From Bdellovibrionales bacterium (GTDB lineage: Bacteria; Bdellovibrionota; Bdellovibrionia; Bdellovibrionales; UBA1609): a stretch of DNA of 64,000 nucleotides. The translations under genes and the position numbers were made by a program. Numbering within the stretch: the stretch's first letter is position 1; each line of letters starts with the position of its first letter. Of this stretch, positions 62,947-64,000 are shown in pieces. Location of the stretch: positions 2,400,001 to 2,464,000 of the forward strand of contig OZ241329.1 of the NCBI GenBank assembly GCA_965199825.1, given 5' to 3'. The notes below the pieces were generated by a model. The model saw only the letters and a program-made list of their open reading frames with translations. It was not told the origin of the DNA and ran no database searches.

Positions 62947-63248
62947 ACTTCTTCTTAATACAGATGTTCTTCACCGATAGTCTAAAACACATCAGAAACA
63001 GGTGAGGTTTAACCAGGGCTAATAGGAAATAACGAGTTTGTCTTTGATATAAAATGGACAAGATGTTCCTGATCTTTATTTTAGCGCTGACAATTTTTGA
63101 CTTATTTTTTGCCTATGTGACAATTTTTGTTTGTTTAAATTTTCTCGAGGGCCTCAAGCCATTTAGCTAAACTTGCTATGGGTCTACGCTTTGCTCTAAT
63201 GAAGCGGGTACATGGGTTTAAATTTTAATGAAATCAGATGGAGAGAAA

Positions 63249-63917
63249 ATGACTAAGAATTATTTAGCCGTAGCTTTTGCAACTATCGCAACGTTGACAT
63301 TGAGTGGAATCGAACTCGCACAAGCTCGAAGTGCAGTAGATGCTATTTCCGATATTCCAGCTATGGTTCAGTATCTTACACGGAAATTTAAATCTGAACC
63401 CATCCTTTCCGAGACTGGGCGGTACGTTGAATCTGGAGAAGACTTCGTAAGATTCGGTGATAATATCATCGGTTCGCCAAATCACGGAAATGCTATGGGT
63501 GATTGGGACTTCGTCCGAATCGCACAAAAAGGCGACGCTGAAATTTTAGTTACTGGCGAAACTTTGAGATCAGCCAACATGACAAAATCAAAACTTTTTA
63601 TTTTTAATGGTTTACCCAGTAGTGAGCGAGAGTTGAGTGTTGCTATGGCCTATGGACTCCGAGTGACTAAGAAAAAATTAAGTGCACGTGTTGAAAAAGC
63701 ATGGGCAAATACTGTAAATAATCATCCCGGAGTTACAAACTTAGAAGCCCTTATACATAAAAGCGATTCGTCATCAATTGGATTCGCACGAAACCAGCGT
63801 GAAATTTATCTAACTGGTGACCAATATGTTCTAAATATCGAAAATTTAGATCCTGCAATTGTAGAAGAATTTTTGACGACGCTTGTGAGATCAATCAATT
63901 CCATGGGTCGTCTCTAG
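63249..63917 (+). CDS. Exported hypothetical protein
   Basis: GGAGA SD before MTKNYL; signal peptide ending AQA. Confidence 0.75.
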   Translation: MTKNYLAVAFATIATLTLSGIELAQARSAVDAISDIPAMVQYLTRKFKSEPILSETGRYVESGEDFVRFGDNIIGSPNHGNAMGDWDFVRIAQKGDAEILVTGETLRSANMTKSKLFIFNGLPSSERELSVAMAYGLRVTKKKLSARVEKAWANTVNNHPGVTNLEALIHKSDSSSIGFARNQREIYLTGDQYVLNIENLDPAIVEEFLTTLVRSINSMGRL

Positions 63918-64000
63918 TCTTGAAAACGATTTGCTTACGAATCCGAACGAGAGCCCAATACCTTGCTGCTGCAGCCCTACTTTTTTGTGGGTCTGCTTTT

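Noticed and set aside
63895..64000. Possible 3' end of a minus-strand gene (KADPQKSRAAAARYWALVRIRK...)
   Set aside because: Too short at the window edge to support.
1..64000. CRISPR array, rRNA, prophage or integrase genes
   Set aside because: No regularly spaced repeats, rRNA-like blocks, phage structural genes or recombinase motifs were seen.

Overview
Bacterial chromosomal segment. Gene content and the many signal-peptide hypotheticals suggest a Bdellovibrionota-like predator (inference). Positions 1-55.1 kb are mostly core genome: the glyA 3' end, an M23 peptidase, an S1-domain protein, a divergent alaS, tRNA-Val(GAC), lipB, the miaB-guaB-guaA-dnaE-photolyase run, thiolase/scoAB, pyk, HU, a VKOR-DsbA fusion, lptD, the ffh-rpsP-khpA-rimM-trmD-rplS-rnhB operon, an ABC-2 transporter, a frameshifted HD-GYP gene, trhO, mscL, a GT4-deacetylase fusion and TolC-MacAB. 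From tRNA-Pro(CGG) at 55144 to the end is an accessory region. It contains a 215-bp structured element bounded by tRNA 3'-end repeats, several orphan secreted proteins, a degenerate IS3-family (IS2-group) element and a signal-peptide-bearing PRTase-like protein. Best leads: the tRNA-Pro mini-element, repeated XerD/dif-like motifs between alaS and tRNA-Val, the exported PRTase-like protein, a protein with tandem Sec and twin-arginine signals, and the A7 frameshift in the HD-GYP gene. All calls come from reading the sequence; no database searches were run.
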